Source: a virus
Taxonomy: Duplodnaviria; Caudoviricetes
Strand: one strand, 5' to 3'
Length of the DNA stretch: 64,000 bases
IMG/VR virus record: IMGVR_UViG_3300032216_001431
Coordinates: 31,488-95,487 of that record
Part shown: in pieces, positions 30,334 to 41,015 of the stretch
Numbering within the stretch: the stretch's first letter is position 1
How the letters are laid out: each line of letters opens with the position of its first letter
Notes under the pieces: generated by a model
What the model saw: the letters and a program-made list of their open reading frames with translations, nothing else
Told to the model about the DNA's origin: nothing
Databases searched by the model: none
Position numbers and translations under genes: made by a program

Positions 30334-30649
30334 TGAACTTTCGCTAGAACTTAATGATCTTGCTACACAAAAAGGTTTTTGGACACATGAGCCTGATATT
30401 AATTTTATGCTTGCCAAATTAGCCCTTATTCACTCAGAGGTAAGTGAAACTCTTGAAGCCTTAAGAAAGCAGAAAGGGCAAGATGCGGTAGAAGAAGAAC
30501 TGGCAGATATTTTAATTAGGTTGCTTGATTTTGTGGGTGGGGCTAAAAAGTCTGGGTGGATTAGTCCTGCGTCTTCTTTTGAGCGAGTTGTTTTTGATAA
30601 AATTGAAATTAACCGGGGCCGTCCTAAAAAGCATGGAAACCTGATCTAG
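30320..30649 (+). CDS. MazG-like nucleotide pyrophosphohydrolase
   Basis: LIHSEVSE.LEA.RK..EEELADILIR; start moved to ATG 30320. Confidence 0.85.
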   Translation: MTNLDELSLELNDLATQKGFWTHEPDINFMLAKLALIHSEVSETLEALRKQKGQDAVEEELADILIRLLDFVGGAKKSGWISPASSFERVVFDKIEINRGRPKKHGNLI

Positions 30650-30662
30650 TAATCCGTATTCC

Positions 30663-30670
30663 TGTATAAT
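30663..30670 (+). promoter_or_regulatory. -10 promoter element TGTATAAT, possibly driving a leaderless transcript
   Basis: 8 nt upstream of ATG 30679, no RBS. Confidence 0.5.
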
Positions 30671-30678
30671 AGAATCAA

Positions 30679-30963
30679 ATGACTGATTCCTACATCCTAG
30701 AGGGAATTGAAAGTGAATACCTTCTGGTTGTTAAAACTGAAGATGTAAATACAATATTGGCGATTATAGATCGCTTAGGTACAAGTCGCCTTAAATATAT
30801 AAAAGACTTAGCCGCAGAATTAGAGAAGAGTTTACATGACGATGGTAGCAGAAGAAATTCTAGCAAGACTGGACCCAAAGACAAGGCAAAGAGTACAACT
30901 AGCAACAAAGGTAGACGCACAAAAGCAGCAAACCCCAAGTATCGGTCTAAACCTCGCTCTTAA
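30679..30963 (+). CDS. Hypothetical protein overlapping recA
   Basis: 94 aa; last 128 nt overlap recA. Confidence 0.55.
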   Translation: MTDSYILEGIESEYLLVVKTEDVNTILAIIDRLGTSRLKYIKDLAAELEKSLHDDGSRRNSSKTGPKDKAKSTTSNKGRRTKAANPKYRSKPRS

Positions 30964-31840
30964 GGGCGGTCTTGGTTATGGTCGTCAGGTTCTAATTTGG
31001 GGGAATAAGTCTGCTGGTAAGTCCTCGTTTTGCCTACAAATGATCGCTAAGGCTCAGCAAGAAGGTAAAACATGTGCGTGGATTGATGCAGAGAATTCTT
31101 ATTCTGCTGAGTGGGCTGCCAAACTTGGTGTTGATTCAGAGAAATTAATTTATTCATCTGCTAAAACTATTAATGATATGGTTGATGTTGGTGTTCAGTT
31201 AATGGGAGCCGGTATTGATATAATAGTAGTAGACTCTATCTCTGCCCTCCTGCCTGCCATTTATTTTGAGAAAGATGGAGAAGAGTTAAAAAATCTTCAG
31301 GACACTAAGCAAATTGGTGCTGAAGCAAAGGACATGACTCATGCCGTTAAGATGCTCAATTACGCGAATAAGGATACGTTACTCGTTCTTATTTCTCAAC
31401 AGAGAAATCAATTTGGGTCTATGCACGCATCACATATCCCAACCGGAGGTATGGCGGTTAAATTCTTTTCCAGTACTGTCGTTAAACTCTGGTCATCCGA
31501 AGCCGAAGCGAATGCTATCAAAAATGGAATTCTTGTTGGTGACAAAATTATTGAGCAGAAGGTCGGACGACCAGTTAACTGGATTGTTGACTACAACAAA
31601 CTTGGACCTCCCAATCTCAGTGGACAGTATGATTTTTACTACCAAGGAAACGCAATCGGCGTTGATGGAGTTGGTGAAACGCTGGACGTTGCGGAAATGA
31701 TGGGTATTGTTCAGCGCGGTGGTGCTTGGTATACAGTTGGAGAAGAGCGGTTGCAAGGTCGTGCAAAGGCTGTTGATTATCTCAGAAACAACCTAGACGT
31801 AGTTAAAAAATTACAGGAGGAAATCTATGCCAGATCTTAA
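30836..31840 (+). CDS. recA: RecA/UvsX-like recombinase
   Basis: GNKSAGKS, WIDAE, IVVDSI, TGG.AVKFFSS, GGAWY. Confidence 0.95.
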   Translation: MTMVAEEILARLDPKTRQRVQLATKVDAQKQQTPSIGLNLALKGGLGYGRQVLIWGNKSAGKSSFCLQMIAKAQQEGKTCAWIDAENSYSAEWAAKLGVDSEKLIYSSAKTINDMVDVGVQLMGAGIDIIVVDSISALLPAIYFEKDGEELKNLQDTKQIGAEAKDMTHAVKMLNYANKDTLLVLISQQRNQFGSMHASHIPTGGMAVKFFSSTVVKLWSSEAEANAIKNGILVGDKIIEQKVGRPVNWIVDYNKLGPPNLSGQYDFYYQGNAIGVDGVGETLDVAEMMGIVQRGGAWYTVGEERLQGRAKAVDYLRNNLDVVKKLQEEIYARS

Positions 31841-32012
31841 AAGTTTTCTTGGTAAAGAGCCTGCTAATAACTATGAGGGTTGGGAAGAAGTCATGGGTGA
31901 GTATGGTTGCTCAACTTGTGATGAATCTAGTAATGTTGCTTATTTTAACGAAATTCTTGGCAAGATGGTTTGGATTTGTCCAAATAAGCATGAAACAAGT
32001 TTTAAACTATGA
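31827..32012 (+). CDS. Small Zn-binding protein
   Basis: CSTC...CPNKH; AGGAGG RBS. Confidence 0.65.
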   Translation: MPDLKSFLGKEPANNYEGWEEVMGEYGCSTCDESSNVAYFNEILGKMVWICPNKHETSFKL

Positions 32013-32323
32013 GTGAAAGATCAGAGATTAAACGCGATGGTGCTAAGGCACAAAAAAACTCTGGACGGGGGCAGTATCAAAAAGGTGATGCTCGTTGGAG
32101 AAACTTTGTTGTAGATTACAAAGAATATTCTAAATCGTTCTCTTTGAATAAATCTTCATGGGGTAAAATCTGTACAGATACTTTTAAGGTTAGTAGAGAT
32201 TCATTTCCAGTTCTGAAGGTAATCTTGGGTGATGGAAACGAAAAAACAAGGCTGGCAGTAATTGAGTGGGCTTTGCTAGAAGACTTATTGGATTGTTGGG
32301 AGTTTAATAATGACAGTGATTGA
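32009..32323 (+). CDS. Putative Holliday-junction resolvase (PD-(D/E)XK)
   Basis: SE.SE..R..NSG..KGD..VDYKE. Confidence 0.65.
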   Translation: MSERSEIKRDGAKAQKNSGRGQYQKGDARWRNFVVDYKEYSKSFSLNKSSWGKICTDTFKVSRDSFPVLKVILGDGNEKTRLAVIEWALLEDLLDCWEFNNDSD

Positions 32324-32627
32324 TCAGGTGAGTGAACTTACTGAGTTTAATGAATTGAAAGAATTTATGAATGATCCCGACCTTGATGAGGCTTTGGATC
32401 TAATCGTTAAATTAATCTCTAAGCCTGATGTTCCTTCAATGAAAGCATTAGAGTTAATTGTTAAACTTCAGGCTTTGAGTGCAAAGTTTGCGATGCTTGC
32501 TAGGTACTATACCTCGTTTGAAAAAGGTACTGATGCGTCTAAGAAAAAAAATGTTTATTATTCGATTGCAGATGCAATTGACAAGTTAGCGGCGGCAGTT
32601 AAATATTCTGTCAGAACTGGATACTGA
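32310..32627 (+). CDS. Hypothetical helical protein
   Basis: 105 aa coupled ORF. Confidence 0.65.
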   Translation: MTVIDQVSELTEFNELKEFMNDPDLDEALDLIVKLISKPDVPSMKALELIVKLQALSAKFAMLARYYTSFEKGTDASKKKNVYYSIADAIDKLAAAVKYSVRTGY

Positions 32628-32637
32628 TAGGATAATT

Positions 32638-33420
32638 ATGAGTAAAAGTATTATAGGTAGTTTAAAATTTAAAAAAGTAGCAGACGGTGCGTTTGATCAT
32701 GTAGAGTTTGCGAAAGAAATAGAAGAAGCATATCTTTCTAATCGTAAAACAGAATCTTTTACTCAGAAGAAAACTTTTAGCCCTAGCACAATTGGTTATG
32801 GTCATGGTAACTGCCCCCGTTATTGGTATATTGCTTTCTCTGGTGCAGAGTTTAATGATACATTTACCGCACAGGGTTTAGCAAATATGCAGAATGGTAC
32901 TGCAGCACATGACAGACTTGAAAAAGTTTTAGAAAAAACTGGGAGATTAAAGAATGCTGAAGTTGAAATTACTTGCGAAGATCCACCCATTCGCGGGTTT
33001 ATCGATGCTGTTCTTGAATGGGACGGTCAAGAAGTAATTGCAGAAATTAAAACTGCTAAAGAAGAAGTATATGCTATTCGTCAATCTAGCATGAAGCCTT
33101 CTGGCAATCATCTTCTTCAATTACTTATTTATATGAAGTTGAGAGAAACTAATTCTGGAGTGTTTATTTATGAGAATAAGAATACGCAGGAGTTGTGTTT
33201 GATTCCAATCAGTATGAATTCTAAGAATATTAAAATTTCTGAAGATTTGTTTGAGTGGATGCGTGAAGTTTATTCTGCTTATAATAACGGGGTCTTGCCT
33301 AAGAGAAGTTTTACTAAATCTACCCAATCCTGTAAGGGTTGTCCTGTTAAATTAGAATGTTGGAATAATTTAGATAATGGTGAAGAAGATGTTGCAGCAT
33401 ATGTGGTGCCTAAACTATGA
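32638..33420 (+). CDS. Cas4-like/PD-(D/E)XK exonuclease
   Basis: CPR, GTAAH, GFID..EIKT, QL.IY, CKGCPVKLEC (four Cys for an Fe-S cluster). Confidence 0.85.
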   Translation: MSKSIIGSLKFKKVADGAFDHVEFAKEIEEAYLSNRKTESFTQKKTFSPSTIGYGHGNCPRYWYIAFSGAEFNDTFTAQGLANMQNGTAAHDRLEKVLEKTGRLKNAEVEITCEDPPIRGFIDAVLEWDGQEVIAEIKTAKEEVYAIRQSSMKPSGNHLLQLLIYMKLRETNSGVFIYENKNTQELCLIPISMNSKNIKISEDLFEWMREVYSAYNNGVLPKRSFTKSTQSCKGCPVKLECWNNLDNGEEDVAAYVVPKL

Positions 33421-33713
33421 AGTCTCAAAAGTGTGCATATGCTGAATGCGACAAAGAATTTGTAAAATCTACGCATAATCAAAAATATTGTTCAGATGAA
33501 TGTTGTAGGACTGCAACTAATTTAAAAATTCGTGAAAAGTATTATGAGAATAAAGAACGGTTAAATGGTAAAAAAAGAATATGCTCAAAGTCTCGCTGTA
33601 AAAATGTTTTGAGTAGATATAATACTTCCGATGTTTGCCAAGAGTGTCAGGCTAAAGTTGGCATAGATCAAAGAAATAAATTAGTTGGAATGTTAAAGAA
33701 TGTCTCTGGCTAA
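33417..33713 (+). CDS. Cys-rich zinc-finger protein
   Basis: CAYAEC..YCSDECC..CSKSRC..CQEC. Confidence 0.7.
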   Translation: MKSQKCAYAECDKEFVKSTHNQKYCSDECCRTATNLKIREKYYENKERLNGKKRICSKSRCKNVLSRYNTSDVCQECQAKVGIDQRNKLVGMLKNVSG

Positions 33714-34266
33714 ATTGCATAAATCAAAGGCTCATAGAATTTTGGGGATAGATGCTAGTACGATGAGCATCGCCTTTTGTGTTTTAGAGGATAAACAGCC
33801 AGTTTCTTATGGTGAAATAAATTTTGAGGGTTCTGACGTTTATGAAAGAATGTTGGATGCTAAAAGAAAAATTCGTGCCTTAAAAAATCTTGGCATGTTT
33901 GATGTTGATTTTGTAGCAATTGAGGCTGGAGTTGTTGTCAAGTCTACGCATATTGGTATTAAGATGGCCTATATCTTTGGTGTGATTATGGCAGAGTTGC
34001 TTGAGAATAATATTGAGGTTGTTGAATGTCATCCTATTACATGGCAGTCTTTTATTGGTAATAAGAATTATACTAAGGTTCAGAAGCAGGCTGTGAAGGA
34101 TGAGTTTCCCGGTAAGTCTGAGACATGGTACAAGAACAGAATCAGACAGAATAGGAAACAATTCACTTTACAATTTATGCATGATAAGGGTATAATTACT
34201 ACTAGCGATAATGTTGCTGACGCGGCTGGCCTTGCTTGGTACGCCTCTCATAATCTTACGAGGTAA
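33700..34266 (+). CDS. RuvC-like resolvase
   Basis: ILGIDAS, VAIE, DNVADA. Confidence 0.85.
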   Translation: MSLAKLHKSKAHRILGIDASTMSIAFCVLEDKQPVSYGEINFEGSDVYERMLDAKRKIRALKNLGMFDVDFVAIEAGVVVKSTHIGIKMAYIFGVIMAELLENNIEVVECHPITWQSFIGNKNYTKVQKQAVKDEFPGKSETWYKNRIRQNRKQFTLQFMHDKGIITTSDNVADAAGLAWYASHNLTR

Positions 34267-34615
34267 AGTTATTAAAAATTTAGTAAATAAAGGTTGGGGT
34301 TATGAAGAAATCCTAATTAATACCCCCCTTTATTGTGCAAAAATACTTCATATAAATAAAGACAAACAACTTTCTTGGCATTATCACAATGTAAAAGATG
34401 AGACTTTTTATGTTGAAAACGGTAAAGTTTTATTATATTCAGGTTGGGATGACGAAATTCTTTCAGCAGATATAAGAGTTTTGAATCCCGGTGATGTTTT
34501 TAATGTGCCGGTAGGATTAAGGCATAGGTTAAAGGGTTTAGAAAATTCAAGGGTGTTTGAGTTTTCTACTCAGCATTTTGATGAAGATAGTATTAGGGTT
34601 ATACCGGGGGATTAA
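34211..34615 (+). CDS. Cupin, mannose-6-phosphate isomerase type II-like
   Basis: KGWGYE, SWHYH..KDETFYV, H and EFST motifs; start uncertain. Confidence 0.8.
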   Translation: MLLTRLALLGTPLIILRGKVIKNLVNKGWGYEEILINTPLYCAKILHINKDKQLSWHYHNVKDETFYVENGKVLLYSGWDDEILSADIRVLNPGDVFNVPVGLRHRLKGLENSRVFEFSTQHFDEDSIRVIPGD

Positions 34616-34765
34616 ATGTCTAAACTTTATGAGTCGAAACAGTGGCTTTATAAAAGATATATAATTGAAAATAAAAACATTGTGCAAATGGCACAAGAAG
34701 CAAATTGTAGTCATATGACTATTCAGCGTGCCCTAGAAAAGATGGGCCTTTCTAAAAAGAGGTAA
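34616..34765 (+). CDS. 49-aa HTH protein not in the ORF track
   Basis: MSKLYESKQWLYKRYIIENKNIVQMAQEANCSHMTIQRALEKMGLSKKR. Confidence 0.75.
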   Translation: MSKLYESKQWLYKRYIIENKNIVQMAQEANCSHMTIQRALEKMGLSKKR

Positions 34766-34768
34766 TTG

Positions 34769-35272
34769 ATGCGTTCGCTAGATCTTGGTTGTGGAACTGT
34801 TATAAGAAATCCATATTTTGCAGATGAATTGTATGGTGTAGATGTGGTTGATTTGGGTGAAGAAAATATTAAGGTTGCAGACCTTGCGATAGAGCCTATC
34901 CCGTTTGAAGATAATTTTTTTGATTATGTAACTGCTTATGATTTTCTTGAGCATGTTCCTAGAACAATTTATTTTAATAATAAAAGAATTCATCCTTTTA
35001 TTAATGTTATGAGTGAAATTCACCGTGTTCTTAGGCCGGGTGGCATATTTAAGGCTCAGACTCCTGCTTTTCCTCATGGTCAAGCATTTCAAGATCCTAC
35101 ACACGTTAACATAATTTCTACTAATACATTAATGTATTTTGTTGGCGGCTTTGATGATATTGCTTCAGAATATGGTTTTCAAGGTAAATTTAAGTACCTT
35201 GATCAGTATTGGAATCATGAACATCCATCTCATTTGATGTGGGAAATCTCAGCAATCAAGGATGAGTCATGA
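34769..35272 (+). CDS. Class I SAM-dependent methyltransferase
   Basis: LDLGCG, FD.V.A.DFLEH, EIHRVLRPGG, DPTH. Confidence 0.9.
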   Translation: MRSLDLGCGTVIRNPYFADELYGVDVVDLGEENIKVADLAIEPIPFEDNFFDYVTAYDFLEHVPRTIYFNNKRIHPFINVMSEIHRVLRPGGIFKAQTPAFPHGQAFQDPTHVNIISTNTLMYFVGGFDDIASEYGFQGKFKYLDQYWNHEHPSHLMWEISAIKDES

Positions 35273-35895
35273 CGGTCCTTGTTTACATAGGTGCCAATGT
35301 AGGATCTTCATTGGGTAAAATGGTTGGTCATTACGATAATGTGTATGCTTTTGAGCCTGATCCTGAGATGTTTGATCAGTTGAAAGCAAATTTCGGTGGT
35401 CAAGAAAAGATACATCTAGTTAATGCTGCTTGTTCTGATAAAGATGGTGAAGAAAATTTTTATGTTACCCCCAATAGGGTTTCAAGTAGTTTATCAGACA
35501 TATCAGAGTGGGATAGATCGTTGACGGGATACTCGGGGTATTTGAAAAAGATAACAGTAAAAACTATTGATTTGAATAAATATTTAAAAGAACAGAATAT
35601 TGATTATATTGATTATTATCTTTCAGATGCACAAGGTAGCGATTTAAATATATTAAAAAATATTAAAAGTTTTGTTGATTCTAAAAAAATAGGAGAACTT
35701 TTTATAGAAACTCATGGAAACAATGTCTTTATATATGAAGGTCTTGACAATCAGTTTGATGGTTTTAAGGAAATACTGTCAGACAATTATAATTTCGTGT
35801 ATGCTTCTATTGATGGAAGAATCGTTTCAGAAAATGAAATACCTGAAGGTGAAAAAGAATGGGATTCATATTGGATAAAAAAGGATCAAGAATGA
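35269..35895 (+). CDS. FkbM-family methyltransferase
   Basis: IGANVG, AFEPDP, DAQGSD. Confidence 0.85.
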   Translation: MTVLVYIGANVGSSLGKMVGHYDNVYAFEPDPEMFDQLKANFGGQEKIHLVNAACSDKDGEENFYVTPNRVSSSLSDISEWDRSLTGYSGYLKKITVKTIDLNKYLKEQNIDYIDYYLSDAQGSDLNILKNIKSFVDSKKIGELFIETHGNNVFIYEGLDNQFDGFKEILSDNYNFVYASIDGRIVSENEIPEGEKEWDSYWIKKDQE

Positions 35896-36908
35896 AAAAA
35901 GCATTAATTACTGGTGTGACTGGTCAAGATGGATCGTATTTGGCAGAGTTGCTTATTGAAAAGGATTATGAGGTTCATGGAATTCAACGTCGTTCGTCTT
36001 CTAAAAATGTAGATAGGATTTCTAATTTACTAAATAATCCTAATTTTCATTTACATCATGGCGATCTTACTGATTCAGGATCAGTAATTAAGATCATTAG
36101 TGAGGTTCGTCCAGATGAAATTTATAATTTGGCAGCGCAAAGTGATGTTCATTTTTCATTTAATTCTGCTGAGAATACAGCAGACGTTAATGCTTTGGGT
36201 ACATTGAGAATTCTTGAAGCAATAAAAATTTTAGGTCTTACTAAAACAAAATTTTATCAAGCCTCTACATCAGAAATGTTTGGTAAAGTTCAGGAAATTC
36301 CTCAGAAAGAGAATACTCCATTTTATCCTCGTTCACCTTATGGTATTTCTAAATTGTATGCACATTGGATTACAAAAAATTATCGTGAGTCGTACGGGCT
36401 TTTTGCCTGTAGTGGTATATTATTTAATCATGAATCTCCCCGACGTGGATCAAATTTTGTTACTCAGAAAATTGTAATGGGTTTGCATGACATATCAATT
36501 GGAAAAATAAATTGTTTAGAGATCGGTAATTTAAATTCTAAGAGAGATTGGGGTCATGCTAAAGATTTTGTTAATGCCATGTGGCTGATTCTTCAAAATG
36601 ATGTTCCGTTGGATTTTGTAATTGCCACTGGAAGACAACATTCTGTTAGAGAGTTTATTGAGTTATGCGCTCCAAGATTCGGAATGAATATTATTTGGTC
36701 TGGGGAAGGTTTGGAAGAAATCGGTACTGATACTATCACAGGTAACGTAGTTGTTTGTGTAAATCCAGAATATTTTAGACCATCAGAAGTTGATTATTTA
36801 ATTGGTGACTCCACCTTGGCACATGAAAAATTAGGGTGGTACACAACAATGTCTTTTGAGGATTTGATTGAGGATATGTGTAATAGCATTTTAGGAGATG
36901 AAAAATGA
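35892..36908 (+). CDS. gmd: GDP-mannose 4,6-dehydratase
   Basis: [50 protein letters not shown]. Confidence 0.96.
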   Translation: MKKALITGVTGQDGSYLAELLIEKDYEVHGIQRRSSSKNVDRISNLLNNPNFHLHHGDLTDSGSVIKIISEVRPDEIYNLAAQSDVHFSFNSAENTADVNALGTLRILEAIKILGLTKTKFYQASTSEMFGKVQEIPQKENTPFYPRSPYGISKLYAHWITKNYRESYGLFACSGILFNHESPRRGSNFVTQKIVMGLHDISIGKINCLEIGNLNSKRDWGHAKDFVNAMWLILQNDVPLDFVIATGRQHSVREFIELCAPRFGMNIIWSGEGLEEIGTDTITGNVVVCVNPEYFRPSEVDYLIGDSTLAHEKLGWYTTMSFEDLIEDMCNSILGDEK

Positions 36909-37942
36909 AAACAGCACTAGTGCTTGGCGCAGGTGGTTTTATCGGTAGCCATATGGTCAAAAGATTGAAAGCAGAAGGTTATTGGGTTCGGGGTATAGAT
37001 CTTAAGCATCCAGAATTTTCTAAAACAGAGGCAGATGAATTTATTGTTGCCGATCTTCGTGATCCAGATATGGTTAAAAGAGCAATTCGATTTACTGGAA
37101 TTTTAGGTAACTTTTATCAAAACATTCCTGATAAATTTACTAAACCATTCGATGAGATTTACCAGTTTGCTGCAGATATGGGCGGTGCGGGATACATTTT
37201 TACTGGTGAGCATGATGCTGATGTTATGCATAATTCAGCAGTAATCAATCTAAACGTGCTAGATGCAGTACAAAAATTAAATAATATTCTTAAATTGAAT
37301 AAAACTAAAATTTTTTATAGCAGCAGTGCGTGTATGTATCCAGAGCATAATCAATTAGATCCTAATAATCCAAATTGCTCTGAGGATTCTGCCTATCCTG
37401 CTAATCCAGACTCAGAATATGGATGGGAAAAGTTGTTTAGTGAAAGGCTATATTTTGCCTATAACCGAAATTTTAATTTACCTGTACGAGTTGCTAGGTT
37501 CCATAATATTTTTGGTCCAGAGGGTACTTGGCAGGGCGGTAAGGAGAAGGCTCCAGCAGCCATTTGCCGCAAGGTTATAGAGGTTGAAGATGGTGGAACA
37601 ATTGAGGTGTGGGGAGATGGAGAACAGACTCGTTCCTTCTTGTTTATTGATGAATGTATCGAAGCCGTTCGGCGTTTAGTGGAATCAGACTTCATGGGTC
37701 CAGTAAATATCGGGTCGGAAGAAATGGTTACCATTAATCAATTGGTGGAAATTGCTGCTAAGGCAGGAAATAAAACTATTAATATTAATCATATTGATGG
37801 GCCGCTAGGTGTTCGTGGACGCAACTCAGATAATACTTTAATTAGAAAAGAATTAAATTGGGACTACGACATGACATTGCAACAAGGTATAGATAAAACA
37901 TACATTTGGATTAACAAGCAAAGGAATCTTAATAATGGGTGA
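36905..37942 (+). CDS. GDP-mannose 3,5-epimerase-like extended SDR
   Basis: [51 protein letters not shown]. Confidence 0.9.
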   Translation: MKTALVLGAGGFIGSHMVKRLKAEGYWVRGIDLKHPEFSKTEADEFIVADLRDPDMVKRAIRFTGILGNFYQNIPDKFTKPFDEIYQFAADMGGAGYIFTGEHDADVMHNSAVINLNVLDAVQKLNNILKLNKTKIFYSSSACMYPEHNQLDPNNPNCSEDSAYPANPDSEYGWEKLFSERLYFAYNRNFNLPVRVARFHNIFGPEGTWQGGKEKAPAAICRKVIEVEDGGTIEVWGDGEQTRSFLFIDECIEAVRRLVESDFMGPVNIGSEEMVTINQLVEIAAKAGNKTININHIDGPLGVRGRNSDNTLIRKELNWDYDMTLQQGIDKTYIWINKQRNLNNG

Positions 37943-38537
37943 AATTACGGCATTTGATCTTTCAATATTTAAAGATCAATATGGAATTAAAAACTATGTT
38001 GAAACTGGGACGGGCGAAGCAGTCAGTCTTCAATATGCATTAAAGTTCAACTTTGATAAGTACTATACGGTTGATGTTGATGAAGATCTAATTCATCGTG
38101 CAATAGGTATCTGTGGTGGTCTGGCAGATATTGATTTTATTTGTGATCTTTCTACAAATGCTTTGACTAAGTTGGTTCCAAGCCTTTCAGATGAACCTAC
38201 TCTGTTCTTTCTTGATGCCCATTTTCCCGGTGCAGATTTTCATAAAATTTCTTATGAAGAATCTATGAGAACTTATATGCATGATTCTCTTCCTCTTAAA
38301 GAAGAAGTTTCAATAATTTTGAAAAATAGAGACATTTCTAAAGATGTTTTTGTAGTAGATGATCTTTCTATTTATGAAAATGGACAGTATGACTCTTTTG
38401 TTTGGACCTATCAATGGTTGCAGGAAGAATTAGGTTTACAGACAGATGCCGCATTTTTATATGAATCTTTTATGGATACTCATAATGTTCAAAAAGATAC
38501 ACGTCACCAAGGGTATCTATTGGCGACTCCGAAATGA
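37935..38537 (+). CDS. Methyltransferase-fold protein
   Basis: YVETGTG.., FFLDAH, VVDD. Confidence 0.65.
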   Translation: MGEITAFDLSIFKDQYGIKNYVETGTGEAVSLQYALKFNFDKYYTVDVDEDLIHRAIGICGGLADIDFICDLSTNALTKLVPSLSDEPTLFFLDAHFPGADFHKISYEESMRTYMHDSLPLKEEVSIILKNRDISKDVFVVDDLSIYENGQYDSFVWTYQWLQEELGLQTDAAFLYESFMDTHNVQKDTRHQGYLLATPK

Positions 38538-39259
38538 AGACTTGTTTAATTAATCAACCCCTTGGTTTGGGTGACATTCTTTGGGTACAGCCAATAGTTG
38601 ATCATTACATCAATAACGGATATACAGTGGTATACCCAGTTGGAGATCCCTATTTTGATATTGTTTTTAGTTATATAAAAAAAGATAACCTACAATGGGT
38701 GCGGGAGTCAGATGATTTCCCCTTAAAATTTTTATATGGTATGGCAAACAAGATAGAGTTAGGTGAGGATATCTATTTACCACTAACGAATGCACAGTCC
38801 CACAACTCCTTGTCACTAATGATCGGCAAGTACTTCTTTGCAGGATTGCCTGTCACTGATTATCGTGATTCCTATAAAATTAATAGAGATTACAAACGCG
38901 AGAAGTTGTTAATGGATACCTATGGCTTGTATGATGATTTTATTATAGTTAATGAAGTATACGGTACATTCCCACATACTAAAAAACACGATATTAATAT
39001 TCAAAGTGATAGTAAAGTTCATATAATGTCAATTCAACAAGATATAGATAATAATTTTCATATTTTTGATTGGATCGGTGCTTTAGAAAACGCTAAAGAA
39101 ATTCATACTGTAGGAACATCGATATGTTACCTTATAGATAAGTACTGCAATGAAAATGAAATACATCTTTATGAACGTAGAACTTTAGATGAGCCAAGAA
39201 CTTATAATAGAGAAGTTGAAGGTGTATATAGGAATCCAAGGTGGATATATGAAGATTGA
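38534..39259 (+). CDS. Putative glycosyltransferase-like protein
   Basis: QP.GLGDI (GT9-like N-terminus); A.EIHTV.TS. Confidence 0.5.
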   Translation: MKTCLINQPLGLGDILWVQPIVDHYINNGYTVVYPVGDPYFDIVFSYIKKDNLQWVRESDDFPLKFLYGMANKIELGEDIYLPLTNAQSHNSLSLMIGKYFFAGLPVTDYRDSYKINRDYKREKLLMDTYGLYDDFIIVNEVYGTFPHTKKHDINIQSDSKVHIMSIQQDIDNNFHIFDWIGALENAKEIHTVGTSICYLIDKYCNENEIHLYERRTLDEPRTYNREVEGVYRNPRWIYED

Positions 39260-39629
39260 AGTCTCCAACGGTGAGATTATAGATAAGTTTACTATTTTAG
39301 AAATAAAGTTACAGAAAAGCAATGATCCTAATAAGACAAAAAATATTGAAAAAGAGTATAATTATCTAAAGAAAATTGTTGAAAGTATCCATGCTCCAAA
39401 AAAATTAGTTGAAGAATTAAAAAAAGTAAATCAAGAATTATGGGGCATTGAGGATAGACTTAGAATACTAGAGGCTCAAAAAATTTTTACTCAAGATTTT
39501 TTAAACTTAGCCCGTAAAGTTTACTTTACTAATGACAAGCGTGCCGACATAAAATATAAAATAAATATTGCTACTGAAAGCAATTTCATAGAAGAAAAAA
39601 TACTACCAGAATATGAGAGTTCGTCATGA
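39249..39629 (+). CDS. DUF6165-like coiled-coil protein
   Basis: VS.GEIIDK.TILEIK..LW.IED..R..AR.VY.TND.R..IK..IN..S...EEK. Confidence 0.75.
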   Translation: MKIEVSNGEIIDKFTILEIKLQKSNDPNKTKNIEKEYNYLKKIVESIHAPKKLVEELKKVNQELWGIEDRLRILEAQKIFTQDFLNLARKVYFTNDKRADIKYKINIATESNFIEEKILPEYESSS

Positions 39630-40216
39630 ATAAAAGAACAATAAAAATAGATAAAAATCATATAAGAAATTATAATCGTGATCACATTTTAATAAACCTT
39701 GCAACGAACCCTTGGTACACAACTTGGAATTTTACTCCCGGTCAATGTGAATATAGTCTTTATTGTTATTTATCAGAACAATTTAATGACAGTACTATCC
39801 TAGATATTGGAACGGGTGGTGGAGGATCAGCAGTATCTTTTTCAATTAATAAGTCTAATAAAGTAATTAGTTATGACCTTCAAAGAAGGGCTGACTTCAT
39901 CGAAAATGACAATATTGAGTTAAGAATTGGTAATTTTATGGAAGATAAAAATATTGATTATGAAGATGTTTCTATTATTATGATTGATGTTGATCCTCAT
40001 GATGGACTTCAGGAGCCACCCATGTTTAAATTCTTGGAGAGTATTGGATGGTCTGGAATATTATTGTTAGACGATATTGGTCCAGAATGGAAGGAAATGA
40101 ATGAAATGTGGAATGCTCTTCCATATGAAAAATATGACGTGACTGATATAGGTCATTATTCAGGAACAGGGTTAATAAATTTTGGCAACAAGTACGATAT
40201 TGAATTAGTGGGCTGA
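39626..40216 (+). CDS. SAM-dependent methyltransferase (Methyltransf_24-like)
   Basis: LDIGT.GGGSA, IDVDPHDG, LLDDI. Confidence 0.7.
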   Translation: MNKRTIKIDKNHIRNYNRDHILINLATNPWYTTWNFTPGQCEYSLYCYLSEQFNDSTILDIGTGGGGSAVSFSINKSNKVISYDLQRRADFIENDNIELRIGNFMEDKNIDYEDVSIIMIDVDPHDGLQEPPMFKFLESIGWSGILLLDDIGPEWKEMNEMWNALPYEKYDVTDIGHYSGTGLINFGNKYDIELVG

Positions 40217-40217
40217 A

Positions 40218-41015
40218 GTGTTAGTTATTAATAATTTAGAAAACATATACCCAGAAGAAACATTAAGGTATTGTAATTGGGAAAGATTTGAGTCTGAAGC
40301 AATTGATTGTGTTTTTTTTAATGGTGGACCACAGAATATAGAAATGGAAACTACCGTTCCAAAGATACTACTGTATTTTGAAGAGCAAACATGGGATCGT
40401 GATACCACAGAACTTTGCGTTCCGTATGTTGATAAAATATTAACAATACTGAATCCTGAAATATCTGGTCGATATAATAAAAGACAATCTGTTTTTTATC
40501 CTACTAATGAAGAAATAACAGAGCAGGTAGTGAATTCAGAAAAAAAGTATGATGTAATATATACTGGTTATGCTGGTGGGCAACATGTTGATAAAACAAT
40601 AAATGTGATTACAAATTTTAATTATAGGTGGGTTTCTTTTAGTAAAGATTCAAGAGTGACAAATTCTAACATTACTTATTCAGAAAAATTAAAATTGATT
40701 GCAGAGTCGAAAATAGATGTTTGTCATGGGCTTGTGGGCAACAATACTCCGCAAACAAAAAGTCGTTATTTCGAGGCGGCGTTTTGTAAAAGCCTTAATC
40801 TAATGCATTGGGATTCTTGGAATTGTATTGAAGAATGGTTTACTCCAGATGTAGATTTTATTTATTGGAAGAATGAAAATGAGTTGCATGATTTAATTGA
40901 TGATGTTTCAAAAAATTATGAAAAATATATTCCAATTGTAAATAATGCTTATCAAAAAGCCATGTCGGAATATACTACAAAAAGATTTATAGAAAAATAT
41001 GTGGGGTTGAAATGA
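40218..41015 (+). CDS. Glycosyltransferase-like protein (GT-B C-terminal domain)
   Basis: KSRYFEAA, EWF.P..DF.Y..E..L, AY.KA..EYT. Confidence 0.65.
   Translation: MLVINNLENIYPEETLRYCNWERFESEAIDCVFFNGGPQNIEMETTVPKILLYFEEQTWDRDTTELCVPYVDKILTILNPEISGRYNKRQSVFYPTNEEITEQVVNSEKKYDVIYTGYAGGQHVDKTINVITNFNYRWVSFSKDSRVTNSNITYSEKLKLIAESKIDVCHGLVGNNTPQTKSRYFEAAFCKSLNLMHWDSWNCIEEWFTPDVDFIYWKNENELHDLIDDVSKNYEKYIPIVNNAYQKAMSEYTTKRFIEKYVGLK

Noticed and set aside
32638-33420. CRISPR-Cas system suggested by the Cas4-like gene
   Set aside because: No repeat-spacer array or other cas genes; stand-alone Cas4-like nucleases are common in phage recombination modules
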